Shown here: positions 1 through 13,763 of the stretch, piece after piece
Layout of the letters: every line of letters begins with the position of its first letter
How positions within the stretch are numbered: the first letter of the stretch is position 1
IMG/VR virus record: IMGVR_UViG_3300020519_000004
Reading direction: 5' to 3' (one strand)
Source: an uncultured virus (IMG/VR IMGVR_UViG_3300020519_000004)
Lineage: Duplodnaviria; Heunggongvirae; Uroviricota; Caudoviricetes
Length of the DNA: 56,235 nucleotides
Notes under the pieces: model-generated
What the model was told of the DNA's origin: nothing
The model's database searches: none
The model's input: only the letters and a program-made list of their open reading frames with translations
Position numbers and translations under genes: made by a program

Positions 1-66
1 TCTCTTATCTCACAAGAAGTCTTAGAAGCTTCTGGATTCGTCGCCTTAGAGGTTAGACAACTCTAA
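1..66 (+). CDS. 3' end of a gene truncated by the window edge; probable tail assembly chaperone-like protein
   Basis: Frame 1 reads SLISQEVLEASGFVALEVRQL* (TAA 64-66). The motif resembles SSLAEQIVEFSGF in the next gene, and it lies just upstream of the tape-measure-like genes. Confidence 0.5.
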   Translation, partial: SLISQEVLEASGFVALEVRQL

Positions 67-67
67 G

Positions 68-701
68 ATGTTAGATGCAGGAATTCTTTTTGAGCTAAAG
101 AAAAAACACGGTTCAATATTTCAAACAGAAATAAAACGGATCTGAGATAGTATTTAAAGAGCTAAGTTTTTCTGAGTTTGATAAAGTTGCAGCGTACAAG
201 AGTACAGCTGGTATGTCGTCTGCTGACGCAGAAGATGAAATTATTAAAGCCTCTGTAGTTTATCCTGAAGACTTTGATTTAAATAAATTTCCGCCTGGAG
301 CCATAAGTTCTTTAGCTGAGCAGATAGTCGAATTTTCTGGCTTCGCATCAGCACGCACGGCTAAACGAATTTTAGAAGAAAAAAGAGTAGTAGCTAATCA
401 CGTTAGAGGCTTAATGAAAGCCTTTGTTCTGGCTACTATACATACAGATACTCCAGAATTTCTAGATTCGCTAACCTATTCAAAGCTAGCGGAAAGAGTT
501 GCATTAGCAGAAAAGATAATTGAAGTCCAGCAAGCAATTGCTGGAATAGAATCTACTAACGTATCTCTATCCCTGATAGATCCTCAGGAAGAAAGAGAAA
601 AAGAGAATCTATCAGCAGCTAGGCACAATGCATCTAAGGTTGAAGGATCTGCAACATATAGTGACCCCATTGCTCAAAAACTATGGGGTATGAGCAGGTA
701 A
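68..701 (+). CDS. Tail assembly chaperone-like protein (~210 aa), +1 frameshift at CGGA 137-140
   Basis: ATG 68 directly follows the upstream TAA and reads MLDAGILFELKKKHGSIFQTEIK-CGG-ATC-TGA. Skipping C137 gives ...EIK-G-SEIVFKELSFSEFDK..., open into ORF 213..701. Position before the tape-measure-like gene fits a chaperone. Confidence 0.6.
137..140 (+). other. +1 recoding site 1: AAA-CGGA
   Basis: Shift confined to 135-142 by TAA 132-134 (+1 frame) and TGA 143-145 (0 frame). Confidence 0.85.
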
Positions 702-724
702 GATAGGATAAGAGGGGGTGACCA

Positions 725-3700
725 ATGCAGAGAGATAGAGGGCCGATCCATAATATTGGATTTGGCGTAACTTCTAGGGAATTCACCACCGGAGACGATA
801 CTCAAAATGGTCCATCTCCAGATTCTGGTTACGTTAGTAGAGCCCTAGAAGGTAGACCACTAGTAAAGATGGCTTCAGCCATGATTGCAACTGGTGTTGC
901 AGCCACAGTTGCTGGAAAATTTGTAAGAGGTGGTGGCCTAAAAATACGGAAAAGCTTTTACCGAAAGAGCAGCAGGATCTGCTGAAGGCAGCTTTATATC
1001 TAGGGCCAATTACGGTTTATTAAAAGCAAGAAGTATACTCGATGAACTTGAAGGAGTAACTCGTTTAGAAGAAGGAAAAACAAAATTAGTTTTTGATTCC
1101 GCTGGAAAACTTCAAACAGGTTACGAAGGACACAAGAGCGTTGTTAATGCTGGGTACGCATTTGGAGCAGAGCGCAAAGGCGCCTCATCAACCGCTACAT
1201 GGCACTATAGAGATGAGCTTCAGCAGAGACTAGTTCGTCAAGCTAGAAGACTGCCGTACGAAGTACCTGCTTTCTATGCAGCAGATAAATATATAACTAA
1301 GCCATTATTTGGTAACGGTGAAGAAGATCTCGGACCAAAAAAGAAATGGTACGATCCATCTAGAGGTGTAGATATAGCTAAGGATTTAGCTAAAACAACT
1401 CTATTCCAAATGGGCGGATTCATGCTGCCAACAGCTGCGGCTGGTGCAGCAAAAGAAAGCTCATTAAATTTTTATAGAACAGCACAAGAAAGACTGATGG
1501 CAACAAACGCCACTGGTTATTCTACGATAAAAAATACAACAAAACATGCTATATATGAAAAGTCTTTAAACCTAAAAGGAATACTTGAAGGTGTTGGTCA
1601 CGATTTATTTAGCGTATTAGATAAGTCAATTAAGTTTTCGGAAAGATCATCTGGAGCTTTGTCAAGCGCATTTATCGCAATGACAGACATCCATAAGAAC
1701 CCAGTTGCAGCTCTTTATTCACAGAGGCATGGTTCTACTCCAGCACCTGGTGGAGCAAAACCTCCTAGAAGACAGGTAGTGCAAGATTTAGCTAAAGATA
1801 TATATAGAGGCAATAAAACAAAACTAAATCAAGTAGACGTAAATAAACCACTACAAGGAACGCAAATAGATTCAATGCTGGATCTGATTCCTGGTTATAA
1901 GGCAGTTAGACAAGGTGCAAAGTCAGCACATGAGCAATATCAAAAACTCTCCTTTGCTCAATCGTTTTTGGATAAACCTGGAACAAATTGGACTGAAATA
2001 CAAAAGGGTTTTGGAAAAATTCTTGGAGTTGATAGAGCAACTCCATCTGGTGCTCGAGCAATAGACTCTTCACTCGGTGAATCAATATTAAATATTCAAA
2101 GAAAAAGATCATCAGATGTATTTAGTCTTTTAAATGAATTCAACACTAAAACAGGTGGAGAGGGACCAACAAGCACTTTCATAAAAATGTTGAGACAAGG
2201 TGCTTATAAAGATAGATTGGAGAAGCAGTTAATAGAAGGTGGGCTAGATGAATCTGTCGCCAAAAATTTTACTGCAAACCTTACTGTCAGTGATGACATC
2301 TATAGACTAGTTTCATCTAAGAAGACTGGTGGAAGTGTTAAAGAATCCATAAGCCCAACCGAACGATTGAGAATGGGTAAAGAAGAAATCGTTGGAGAAG
2401 ATTTTTTTGGTCAATTAATTAATAGATTTAATTCTGGAAAATATGGAAAAAATAATCCAATACCAGATGTGTTTGACGCAGATAAACTAAGAAAAGCTGT
2501 AAAAGCAACAGATGACATTTTATTTGACGAAGCTTCATTTAGTCGCAAAGGTTTAAACGTTGGTATAAACACGGCAGCCGCACACGAGTCAGCTAGAACA
2601 GTTTTTGAAAAAGAAGTATTTTCTTCTGTATTAAAGCCGCAAAAATTAAACAGAGTAAATTATTTAGATGCAGCTGGAGATTCAGTTCAAGCAAGTCAGC
2701 TTAGAGCTGAGATGGCTAGAAGAGCTGGAAAAGTATTTGGCTTAGACGAGTCAATCTTAGGTGATGCAAATAAGCTGCAACAAGCATTAGGTGCTCGTGG
2801 AATAGATATAAGAAATGCCTCTCAACTTAGAGGCTACTTAATGAATAATAAAGAAATGGTCGCTGGTGAAACATCTGGATTAGCTGGACTTTTTGGATTA
2901 AAAGGTCTTACTGTAGACGATTTTCTAGATAGAGAAAAACTAGCTTACCAAACAATTACAGGCCAAATAACAGACCCATCACTTCAAAATTCTTTAACTA
3001 AAAATATACTAAGCGGAGATAATAGTGTTGAGCTAGGTATATTAAATAGAATTAAAACATCTTCTACTCAAACTACGTTAAGCAATGTTAAAGGATATTA
3101 CACGTCGGGCGATCAGGTAGTAAACTTTAATCCAATTAGATCTGGAATTAGAAAAGTAACAGAAGCTTTAGCTACTGAAATTAAAGTTCCAGTTATTGGA
3201 ATTAACCCAATGCAAATGCTGGGTTATAAAGATTTTGCTGGAATGGCAAAAGCTGGAAAATATCAAGTAACTTCAGGAGCAGCAAGTCAACCATTTGTTA
3301 AAGGTTCTAAGGCAGACTTCTATACATGGCATAGCACTGGTGGTTTTCTAGGGACAAAAGGAAGACTATATGGGCATACAGGCACTACTGCTACAGCTTT
3401 AGAGGGAACATATAGGCCAATCCCAACAGCGGTTTCATCAATGTTTACCAGCACCGCAGAACTAGCTGCAGGGCAAAGGACTCAGCAGAGTCGCACTGCA
3501 ACAGGTGTGATGGGAAAAATCAGAGAGCGTTTAGATTACGCAGATGAACAACCAAACTCTTTATTTAGATTTTTTGGAAGACTAGTAAATAGACAAGCAG
3601 ACGTAGAAAACGATGCTGTAATGGCCAAATTAATGTCTGGAGAAGTAGATGAGACATTTTCAATTGGCGGATTTGGAAAAAGGAAGAATTTACAATTACG

Positions 3701-6700
3701 TACAGAGTTAGATGATGCCGGAGAAATAGCTAGATATAATTTACTTGATGTTGATTCGGGAGCACAAGTAGCATCACATTCTCAGTTAATGGAATCATTT
3801 ACTAGATTTGCAAATAGGCAATTAAGTTATGGAACAAACAAATCAGTTCAAAGAGAAGTGCTTGGTTCCTTTACGCCAGAAGATCTTGCTGGTCTTAGTG
3901 TCGATGATTTTGTTGGAATATCAACTCCAGCTCAAGCAAATAGAGTCTTTAGCGCATTAAATAATGTTTTAGAATCTCAAAGAAAATCACTGGCTACAGG
4001 AAATGAAACTGCTTTAAAGAGATATCAAGATGTAAGTAAGGCATTTGCTAGAATTAAATCTTTTGCAGATATAGATGATTTCTCGCAGCAATCAAAGATG
4101 TTTGAAAAATCATCTAGCATTGTAACTAAAGGCGATGAAATGTCGTCAGAAGTATTTAGATTTCTTCTAGAAAGAAAAGCAATACTAACTGGCGATCCAT
4201 TAACGGTAATGCAGAATGTTACTTCTGCTGTAGATGATTTAGCTGCAAGAGGAATTATATCTTCTGCACAAAAAGCAGAAGCACAAGCTTCAACTTTGTC
4301 TACAATATTCAACCTAACAGCATTCGAAACGTATAGATTTAGTCCTGGAGCTGGAACTTCGTTAGCAAAAGAAAACCTAGAAGGAACACTGCAAAATCCT
4401 TTAAGAAGATTTCAAGAAACTAGAGATTTATTAAGTAAAGGTACTTTAAAGAGTTTATTAGATCCACACATTCAAGGTGATATAGTTACCACTGGTCAGT
4501 CTTCATTGGTATCTCAAATTGGTATAAATAAACCATTTGCTTTCTTTAAGAAAAATTTGGGAATGGGCAGATATGCCGAGAAACCTACTGCTAGTCCTTT
4601 ATCTGGACAATCTGGTCCAGAAACATTTGCCTTTGTCCCAACGTTTGGAACAGCTCTTAAAAGGAATCCAAAAGCTGCACTGCTAAGTGCAACGGGAATA
4701 AAAACATATGGAAATGAAGAAGGTTTCTCTTTAGCATCTGTTCCAATATCTCATGGTTTTAATAGATTAAATAGATACTTTGGGAGCGTTGGTTCTAGTC
4801 TAGACGCAGATAATTTCCATGGTCCTCTGGATATGTATTTCAGAGGAATGAACGCGGAAAGGGTTTTACCTGCAGTTGCAATAGGAACTACTGCATTAGC
4901 TATAGATAGAACAGCAGGCGGATATACGCAGCGTAAAGATGAAAGAGGAGAAAGGGTATATTCTCCGCTAGTACTTGGTACAGCAGCTAGAGTTGGAGTA
5001 GAGGCGCAAGCTGCAATCTCTGGTGTTATTCCAGGTGGAATGGGCTACGGGCAAAAAAGACAGCAACTGTTGTCTGGCGAAGTGGCGATAAGAAAAGGAA
5101 GATACTGGCCTTTAGGTAATACAAAATTTAGTGGTGGAAAAATAGAATACTACAGACCATCTTGGTACAGAAGACTGCAAGGTGGAGCGATGTTTACATC
5201 AGACACCTATGGCAGTCCAATGGAAAAGATGTTATATTACAATGACTTTTCTCCATTAAGACCATTAGATCCTTATAGATTTGAAAAAAAGCATTATGAA
5301 GATAGACCTTATCCTGTAACTGGAGAATATTTTTCTGGTCCATTTGGCGCAGCTGTACCAATCTTAAATGCAACTGTAGGAAGAATCTTAAAACCACAAA
5401 AGGTAATGCACAAGCAGGAATTAGATAGAGCATTATCTAGTTATGTCCCAGTTGGCGCCAGCGGCGCCTACATGCCTCAGGAGACTCCTGGTAACGTTGG
5501 CTACGTAGAACAAAGGGATCCAGCTGTTAGCTATCCAGCAGCTCGTCCAGCACCGTATGGTGGAAAACCACTTAGGTTTATATCTCCACTTTCAGACTAC
5601 GCTGAAGCAGCCGCTTCGTCTCCAATTGGGAGTACCGCTGGATCTTATAATATTTCTCGCTCAAACCAAGTATTAGCTAACAGTAGCGGATCACTTAACA
5701 CCGCAAGACAATTAGTTCGTGGTCAATCAGGGGCACAAAACGATGCATTAGCTGCTGCCGCATATCAAAGAGTTCCCGTTTCTACACAAGTGCAACCAGT
5801 TCAATTTGGTCCACCAGCAGGACCTGGTATTATGCCAGCAAAAATTGTTGCAGCAGGAATGCCAATAAGATCTGGAAGTAATGAATTCTTATCTGGAGAA
5901 CTTGGTTACAGACTGCAGGAAACATTTGGTATATATGGTTTTGCTGGTGGAAATATAAGATCTGCTTTTGGTTTTGGTTCATATGACTTTGAACCAGATA
6001 AATCAGTTTTACAATCAGCATCAAAAGCATATGGTACCACTAGAGCTTTTTGGGATTTAAACTTAGGTGGATTAGGAGACGTGCCTCTTCAATCTGATGG
6101 TGCTCTTGGAAATATTGAAGCTTCTGAAATAATAAGAAGGTTTATTCCAAAAGAAAGAACTAATGTTAATTTTATTAACCCGATTAAAAACACAATGGGC
6201 GAACAGTATCCGTTTCTTCCCAATAGCAGTAACTTCATTGACTTTACTACAGGTGATCCATTCACAAAAGTAAAAGAAGGTGAACTAAGACTACCTGGTG
6301 TGGGTTACGAAAGATTTAATAGAATTTATTCAGACTCCAGTGGAAGATATGGCGCAGTAAATCAATTAGATATCCTTGCTGACGTAGCTCCATATTCAAA
6401 AGAATTCAGAGCTTTGAATTCAAGAATAGATAAAATGGGATTAGGTGAAGACGAAAGAATTAAAGTTGGACAAATAAGAGCTCAGCAAAATGCAATAGAG
6501 AACAGTAAAACTGATTTTACTCCTTACACAGAATATTCCACTCTTGAAAAGATAGCTAATCCAATACGAACAATAAAAGAATCTGTACTACATACAGACA
6601 ACTTTATTAACAACAAATTTACTGGTGAAAAAACAGCAACTGAAGATTGGGAAAGAAGAAACGTTTATGGTTCCACATTTCCCGAATGGCAAAAACCAGT

Positions 6701-7559
6701 TGAAAGTTTTATTAAACCAATTTATTATAAAGGAACTCAAAGAAATCCTCTTTTAGCTGCTGGAATAGGCGCATTTGCGCTTGGTTCATTTGGTAAAACC
6801 AAAAGAATGCAAACAGCGCTTGCAACTGTTGGCGCATTAACAACGGGTGGTTATTCAGCTCTTCAAAAGATGAAAGAAACTAGATACATTCCGATAAATA
6901 GAAAAAAAGAATTAGCTCTTGAAGAGTATACTGATATTCTAACTTATGTAAAAAATAGAACAGCTGCAGCCAGAGCAGAAAAAGTTGGAGATATAGAATC
7001 AGCTAAACAATTTATGTTAGCTAGTAAAAAAACAATGTATGGTGCAGACCTTAATACGCAATCAATAGATCAACTAGCAGCAGCAATACCAAAAAGAAAA
7101 AGAGAACACTTTAGAGCAATGCTTGAAGCTCCAAAAAGTGAGAGAGGTCGAATACTATCTACTGCTGGAAGATTAGAAAGAAGAATATACGAGGCTGCAT
7201 GGGGTATGCCAGTAGAAAGAAAGCCGGATCTAGTAAACTATTTTACTAGACACGAACTTCCTGGACCGGGTTCTGAAGTATGGCATCCAAATACAAATAT
7301 GGAACACGTAAAAATAAAAATGGGCCAGTCAATGGGACTTGAAATGTCTCAAATGGGTTACTTCCCACAGCAAATAAAAGAAGCAAACTTAGTCAATCCT
7401 AGTTATCCAATGTTTGGGCAAAGTAATTCTTCTCCAGAAGATGTTAGATCTAAGTTGCAAAGATTAATGTTTGATATGGGAATAAGTGGAAATGTATCTC
7501 CAGTAATGAATAATTCAAATCCAGGTTCAGTAAATATTATGGCTGGGATAAGAGGCTAA
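725..7559 (+). CDS. Giant tape-measure-like/virion protein (~2277 aa), +1 frameshift at CGGA 947-950
   Basis: ORF 725..985 joins ORF 1410..7559 by skipping C947; 948-1409 is stop-free in the new frame. Ala/Gly-rich helical composition, hydrophobic segments (LLAAGIGAFALGSFG), SD-like GAGGGGGTG upstream, follows chaperone-like genes. Confidence 0.6.
947..950 (+). other. +1 recoding site 2: ATA-CGGA
   Basis: Window 942-982 (TAA 939-941; TGA 983-985). Confidence 0.85.
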
Positions 7560-7563
7560 TCAA

Positions 7564-10500
7564 ATGGTAGACGTAAATAAATCAACATTTGCCAGAAGTC
7601 TTGGTAGACCAATAAGCGAATTACCAAGTTCCCTTGTAACAAGTCAAGATATCTATGCAAGAGGTTTAGTAAGATTTGATAAAACTACTAACGAGTTGGT
7701 TAACACCATAACTGGAAAGCCTTATAAAACCTTAGAAGAGGCAATAGAAGCAACTAGTATATATGGTATTTCTGAAGTAAACGTATTTACTGGAGCAAGA
7801 GGAATTTTATCTCCCGATCCATCTGGTTATGGTCCTCTTTCTAATCTGACATCTAATATTAACGAATATCTAAGATTGGATAACCCAGAAGCAAAAGCAT
7901 TTAGATCTAGGAATAAAATACTTAGTGATCTTGAAGGAAAAAATATTGAATTAGTAAGAGTTGGATATTCTAAAACTTCAGAAGAAACACTTGGTGCTAT
8001 GTCATTACTCTATCACGATGAATTAAGTTATCCAGAATTAGTGGGAAATCGTATGAGTATAGCTGCTAGATTAGCAGCAGGAGAAATTGCTGCTCCAGGA
8101 TATTTAGCTTCTAGAGATGGATCTGCAATATTACTTAGGTTGAGATATCAAACTGATGAAGGATACAAATTTTTAACCGGAGAACAGACTCAATCTTTAC
8201 TGAATACGGTAGACGCTCAATTCTTTAACGTAGATAGATTAGCAAAACTTATAAACCCATTAAATCCTGATGGATCTATGAATTTTGGAAAAGATGTAGA
8301 GCAAATATTAGGTGGTCAACTTGGGAAATCCCAAAAAAGACAATGGCAAAGCTTAGTGCCAAGAAATATGGTTATCGATGAAACCGGAATTGATAAAATG
8401 GTTGACCATTTATCAACAAGGGTAGCTAGTAGATTTAAAGATATAGCTCCAAAAACTCTTGAAGATTCATATTTATTTTATGATCCAGCATTAGAAACAA
8501 CTTTAAAAGCTTTTGGCTTAGAGGAAACTTATACTAATACCTTGTTAGGAAATACATCTCTCACTAGAGAGGGCAGGTTAGGGGTAATAAGAGAGAGGCT
8601 TGGAACACGAATTGCAATGGAGGGAGAAACAGCTCAATCAGCTCAGCAATATTTTCGTTCAGCGCTAGAACTTTCAGGATTAGATGGAGATGAAGAGTTT
8701 AATGAATTTGCAAATATAATACAATCTCAATTTAGAGAAACTATTGCAGATAAAAAAAATCAAAAAATATCACTTGATGATATTATATCAAGAATAGAAA
8801 AAGTATCTGGTAAAGAGGGTGTCCCCGCAGAACTTAAGGGTAAATATCAAACATATGTAAATGCTCTAAGTGAAATGAAAAAGATAGATGATGGTTCTGG
8901 TTTTATTACAGGTATACCAATGAGACAGCACGCTATAGAATTAAAGTCTTCGATAGAAGAAGCCAGAGCAATATTAAATGCAAAAACATATTCTGAAGGA
9001 AGTGATGAAGTCGCAATACTTACTGGAAAAATTAATGATTTTAGAGCGGAACTAAATAGAGTTGCAACTAATGCCGATGAATTTTTAGGCGGAGGAAAAT
9101 TACTTTTAAGAGAATTTGAGCATGACACAGCTAGAATGTTCATAGGAAGAGGTCAGGGTAAATCTGTATTTGACTTAATACAAGGAAAAGTAGAACAACG
9201 TTTAGGTAGATTGGGTTACGTAGGTGCTGGCTCAACTGAACTCCTTAAAAAAGAAATTAGTTTTGGTAGATTAGCAGCTCCTGGAAGTGAGGAATTAGGT
9301 CGAAACGTTGGTCAACAAATTACAATGAACATAAGCACTGGGCATGGCAGGGACATGGTTTATAGCGAACCACAAGCTATGATATTTCATAGAGAGCAAT
9401 ATGGTCAGGATTTTCAAAGACAAGTTGGTGAATCAGCTGAAGCTCTTAAGGTAGAAATAAAAAATATTTCTGATGGAATAGTTAGTGAAAGAATGAGAAG
9501 GTCTATTATTTCAGACGCAGCTCTAGATGTAGAGGGCATGGATTTAGATACGCTCGTTGAGAGATTTGGAAGTAAACAAAAAGCACTTGATATCAGAACT
9601 ACTGCAAGAAATTTGCAACAACATTTATCTTCTGGTACCGTAAGGGTTAATGAAATACCAGAGCTTGCTAACGAGCTGTTAAAACAAGCTCAAAGAGAAG
9701 CATTTAGAACGGGTAAAACATATAGAGCATTTAGACCAGGTCAAAACAATGTGGATGTTGAAATATATAACTTTGCAATGCCTTATGCACAAAGACAGGC
9801 TATAGATACCGAAGGAGCAGTATCGAGACGTGGTAAGAAAAAAATTCTTGGCGTTACCGATGATACAACATTTGGTAGGTTCACATCTGATTCTGGAGAT
9901 GAATTATCTTTGTTTAAATTTAGACATGTTGGACACAAAATGCTGATTCCAGATGTTGCAGCTTCGAGTCTAGGTTTATACGAAGCTGGTGGTGGATTCG
10001 ACTTAGACGACAAGTGGATAACTAATTTACAATCAGTCAAAAATTCTCAAGGTGTAAGACAACTTGTAGCATTTGCTTGGCGTCAACCAACTGGTCCTCA
10101 GGAGTTTGCATTACTAGCGCCACATCTAGATGAAGATACCATAATGAGAATGTTTGGAGATGAAACTCAGATGGGCCAAAGGTTTAGAAATGTCTCCAAC
10201 GCAGTATCTGAAATGATAAATGATAGAACTGGATTTATTCTTGGTCTTTCAGGTGATTTAAGTAATCAAGCTTCAGCTGAAGCGATGGAAAGTTTAAATA
10301 AAGAAGATAAAATATTTAAATATCTTAATTCTTTAGCTCACGGACAAAAGCCTATAGCGCAACAATTTAAAAAATCAGCTGGAGACATAACTCAAGAGGA
10401 TTTGCAAAGAGCAATATTTAAGTTAGTTGATTTAAATGGAGAGGGAGAAACAGGAAAAATAGTTAACTTATTTGATGGAGAAGTGGGCGTTAACGTAGAT

Positions 10501-13500
10501 GACTTTGCAAGAGAATACATGGGTGCCGGTGAAGGTGGAGTTAGTGCAGTAAAACATAAGTTCTTAAACATTGGAGCAACATCACAGTCTATACTTAAAA
10601 AAGTAGCTTCAACTAAAGCTGGAACGATGTTAAAGTTGAATCCAGATGAAATATTAAAATCTGGAGACAACGGACTTATAGCAAGCTATAGACAAAGTAA
10701 CTTAACTCAGATTATGAAATCTTCAGCTACTCCTAAAAGTGATCCAATTTTTGTAAGTAAAATTCAAACTATGTTTGATGACTACGCAGGTGCTGGCTCT
10801 TATCAAGCAGCTAGAGAAGCAGCTGGTAGCGCAGTAACAGATATGGATTTTGCTATTAGATCATCAGGCGGTTTATTTAGATCAGCTGGCGAAAGAAATA
10901 TGGAAGAGTTAACAATACGGAGTTAAAACCGCCCTGGACGCAATGTTCCAAAGAGCTAACGTTGCTTCATTGTCAACCCCTAGGGGTGAATTAGGCAAGT
11001 ATGTCAATAGGCTTGGTTGGGCAGTTTCTTCAGAAGAGCAAAGACTTGCAGCCATTGGAAGAATATTAGAGTATGCAAAAGGACCAAATGGAAGTGTGGA
11101 GTTAGAAGAATTAGCTACAAGAATTCAAGCAGCTACATCCCTTGTCTTTAACCCAGAAGGCGCAATTGACGCAGGTGTAGGCGCAAAGATGAAAGTAAAT
11201 TTATCTGCATCAAATAGTGATTTATTAATGGCGTTCAACCTCACTAGAGGAGCTGGTTTTTCTGATGAGATAGCTCAAGCAAGTTTGGGCAACGCATTAT
11301 ATTCTTTGTTGTCAGCAGATGAAGAAAATAATAAACTTCTTCCCTTAGCAAAGAGAGCCGGATTAGTCGATGACTCTGGAAAATTTATTGGTTCAGCTGA
11401 AGAAGTAATGGGCAAAATACTTGCTAGGAATGATGAACTTAGCAAAGAACTAATAGGCGTAGTAAACCTAGCGTCGGACAATGTCGGTAATGCCTTAGTT
11501 AAAAACACCGCACAACAGATGGGCATGATAAGAGCACTACAAGAGTTGTATCCTGATATAAAGTTTGACGGAATAGGAATGGTTGGTTTTGATCAATTTT
11601 CTTCAGACTTAAAATTATCTACAATTATAGATGACGCAGGGAATGGAGATATCAACACGGTTATAAATTCTATTGCTGAAGGCGCCGAAAGAGTAACAAA
11701 AATACTTAACGTTTCTTTACCAGAAAATAGTGTGATATCTAAAATAAATAATATTGCAAGAGCTGGAGATAATATTGCCGGTAGACTAGTTTCAGGAGAA
11801 GAAGCTAAATTTAATCTTTTAGAAATTTTTCAACTAGATGAAGAAGGAATGAAAAATTATGGAATAAAAGATCCACTTACAATTATGGAAAATGTTAATG
11901 AAGACATACTCAAGTTTCAAAATAGAATGAAACAAAAATCATTTAACCCGTATGCTCCAATAAAAGGACTTGATCTCGCATTTGTTACGCCAGAGTTGGA
12001 TGCAACAATGAAGCGATTAACTGGTGAAATTACAACAAGCCTGCAAGATGTAACTGGAAATTATGGAAAATCAATAGAAGATTTGATAATACAAAATAAT
12101 ATTTTAGAACAAGTTGAAAGAACTCCAAAATTTAATAGATCAACACTTAATCCAAGAACATCTTTAGCAAAATCTTTAATGAGTCAGGGTATTGTAGATA
12201 GAGGAGAATTAGATAGATTGAAAGATTTTCCTTCAGAACAAGCGTATAAAAATCTTAAGGATATAGTTACAGGAAGTCTTACAGCCTCAAGAGACTCAGC
12301 TCAATTGGAAACTAGAAATGCTGTTCAAAAATTTTTTACAGACTACACTCAAGAACTTCAAAATGTTGGCCCAGGAAGTAAAGCACCTAGCGTAGAAGAT
12401 GTTATGGACAGACTTCTATTTGAAATAGAACGAATGAAAAATGCAAGTCGTGTTCGCAATGCTACCATAATTCAACAAGTTCAAACCACTATGGGCGGAA
12501 TGCTTGAAGCAGTTCTTAAATCAGATGAAGCAATCGAAATCGCTATACCCGGAATGGAAAAATTTTCTGTTCAAAATTTAGCTTCTTACGTTAGAACTAA
12601 TAATGAATTAAGACTAACCAAAGGATTTGCGGCACAACAAACAAATGATATGGTTGCTTTAATACAAGCACTTTCAAGTAAACGCGCTATTGAACGGTAT
12701 GAGCGCTGATCCAAATCTATTAGTTCCAAAAAATTTAATGGATAAAGATTTTTTATCTAATCTGTTTAAAACAGATGTAGGTTCAGCAACAAATGCTGAA
12801 ACAAGAATTTTAGGATCAATACCAAAATTAGTTAACGCAGAAGAGGTACAACGAGTCTTAGATGATATGAGCGGATCGTCAATAAAGATGGATCTCCTAG
12901 AAGACTTTCTTGCCTTTAACGAAGATCCTATAAGAACAGAAAATATAATCGCTGAAAGAATCAGAAACGCTGCTGCTGCAGAAGGTATAAATGATGAGAA
13001 AGTAATTGCAACAAGAATTTCAAACAGACAAAGAACAATTGGTTTAATTAGACAAAGATATACTGCACTAGAAAGTCAAAAAGACGAGGTATATCAACAA
13101 TTTAAAAGATTTGCTGAAGACGGCGGTGCAGTAACGGCAGAGGGTGTAATCACTCCTCGTATAACAAAAGAAGCCACTGAAGATTCAATGGGAACAATAA
13201 GTGAATCAATAGAAAGTATGATGAAAAAATTCATTCGCGAAAGTGAAGATGAGGAAGCTAGAGCTGCCAGGGCAGCATCTCAATCATTTGCTGAAATTGG
13301 TCCACTAGCTTCTGGAAAGTACACAAGAATACAGGACTTCATTAAGTCGCCACAAATGAGAGAAATGTACCAAGGGGCTTTAAGAAATAAAGGAAAGATA
13401 GCTGGTGTAGCTGCACTTGCTACTGGACTAGCAGTCTTTGGTTCAATCAATAAAAAAGAAAGAACACAAGAAGCAATGTCTGGACCTCCATTGCTACCTG

Positions 13501-13737
13501 GTGGAAATCCATATGAGAGAATTCCAACTCAACAAATGCAAATACCTGATGCTCCAATAGCTTCTGGGAATCAAGGAATGTCTTATAACATATCGGTTAA
13601 CGGCGATCAAGGACAAATGGAAGAATTAATGAACAGAGCTCGGATTAGTAACAAATGGACAGGTTAGAGGTACTATGCATGATAGCCTACCTTCTCTAGG
13701 ACGCGATCCCTACAACGATATAGCGGGTTCTTTTTAA
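7564..13737 (+). CDS. Giant virion (tape-measure/ejection-like) protein (~2056 aa) with three +1 frameshifts (C at 10918, 12695, 13641)
   Basis: ORFs 7564..10926, 10943..12709 and 12690..13667 each end shortly after an in-frame CGG and continue in +1. The last shift extends to TAA 13735-13737, closing the gap to the next gene. C-terminal hydrophobic helix GKIAGVAALATGLAVFG. Confidence 0.6.
10918..10921 (+). other. +1 recoding site 3: ATA-CGGA
   Basis: Window 10913-10923 (TAA 10910-10912; TAA 10924-10926). Confidence 0.85.
12695..12698 (+). other. +1 recoding site 4: GAA-CGGT
   Basis: Window 12663-12706; the only CGGT case. Confidence 0.8.
13641..13644 (+). other. +1 recoding site 5: GCT-CGGA
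   Basis: Window 13633-13664; the +1 frame adds GLVTNGQVRGTMHDSLPSLGRDPYNDIAGSF* and fills the intergenic gap. Confidence 0.7.
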
Positions 13738-13763
13738 TTTTATATTAAAGGATAAATTAATTT

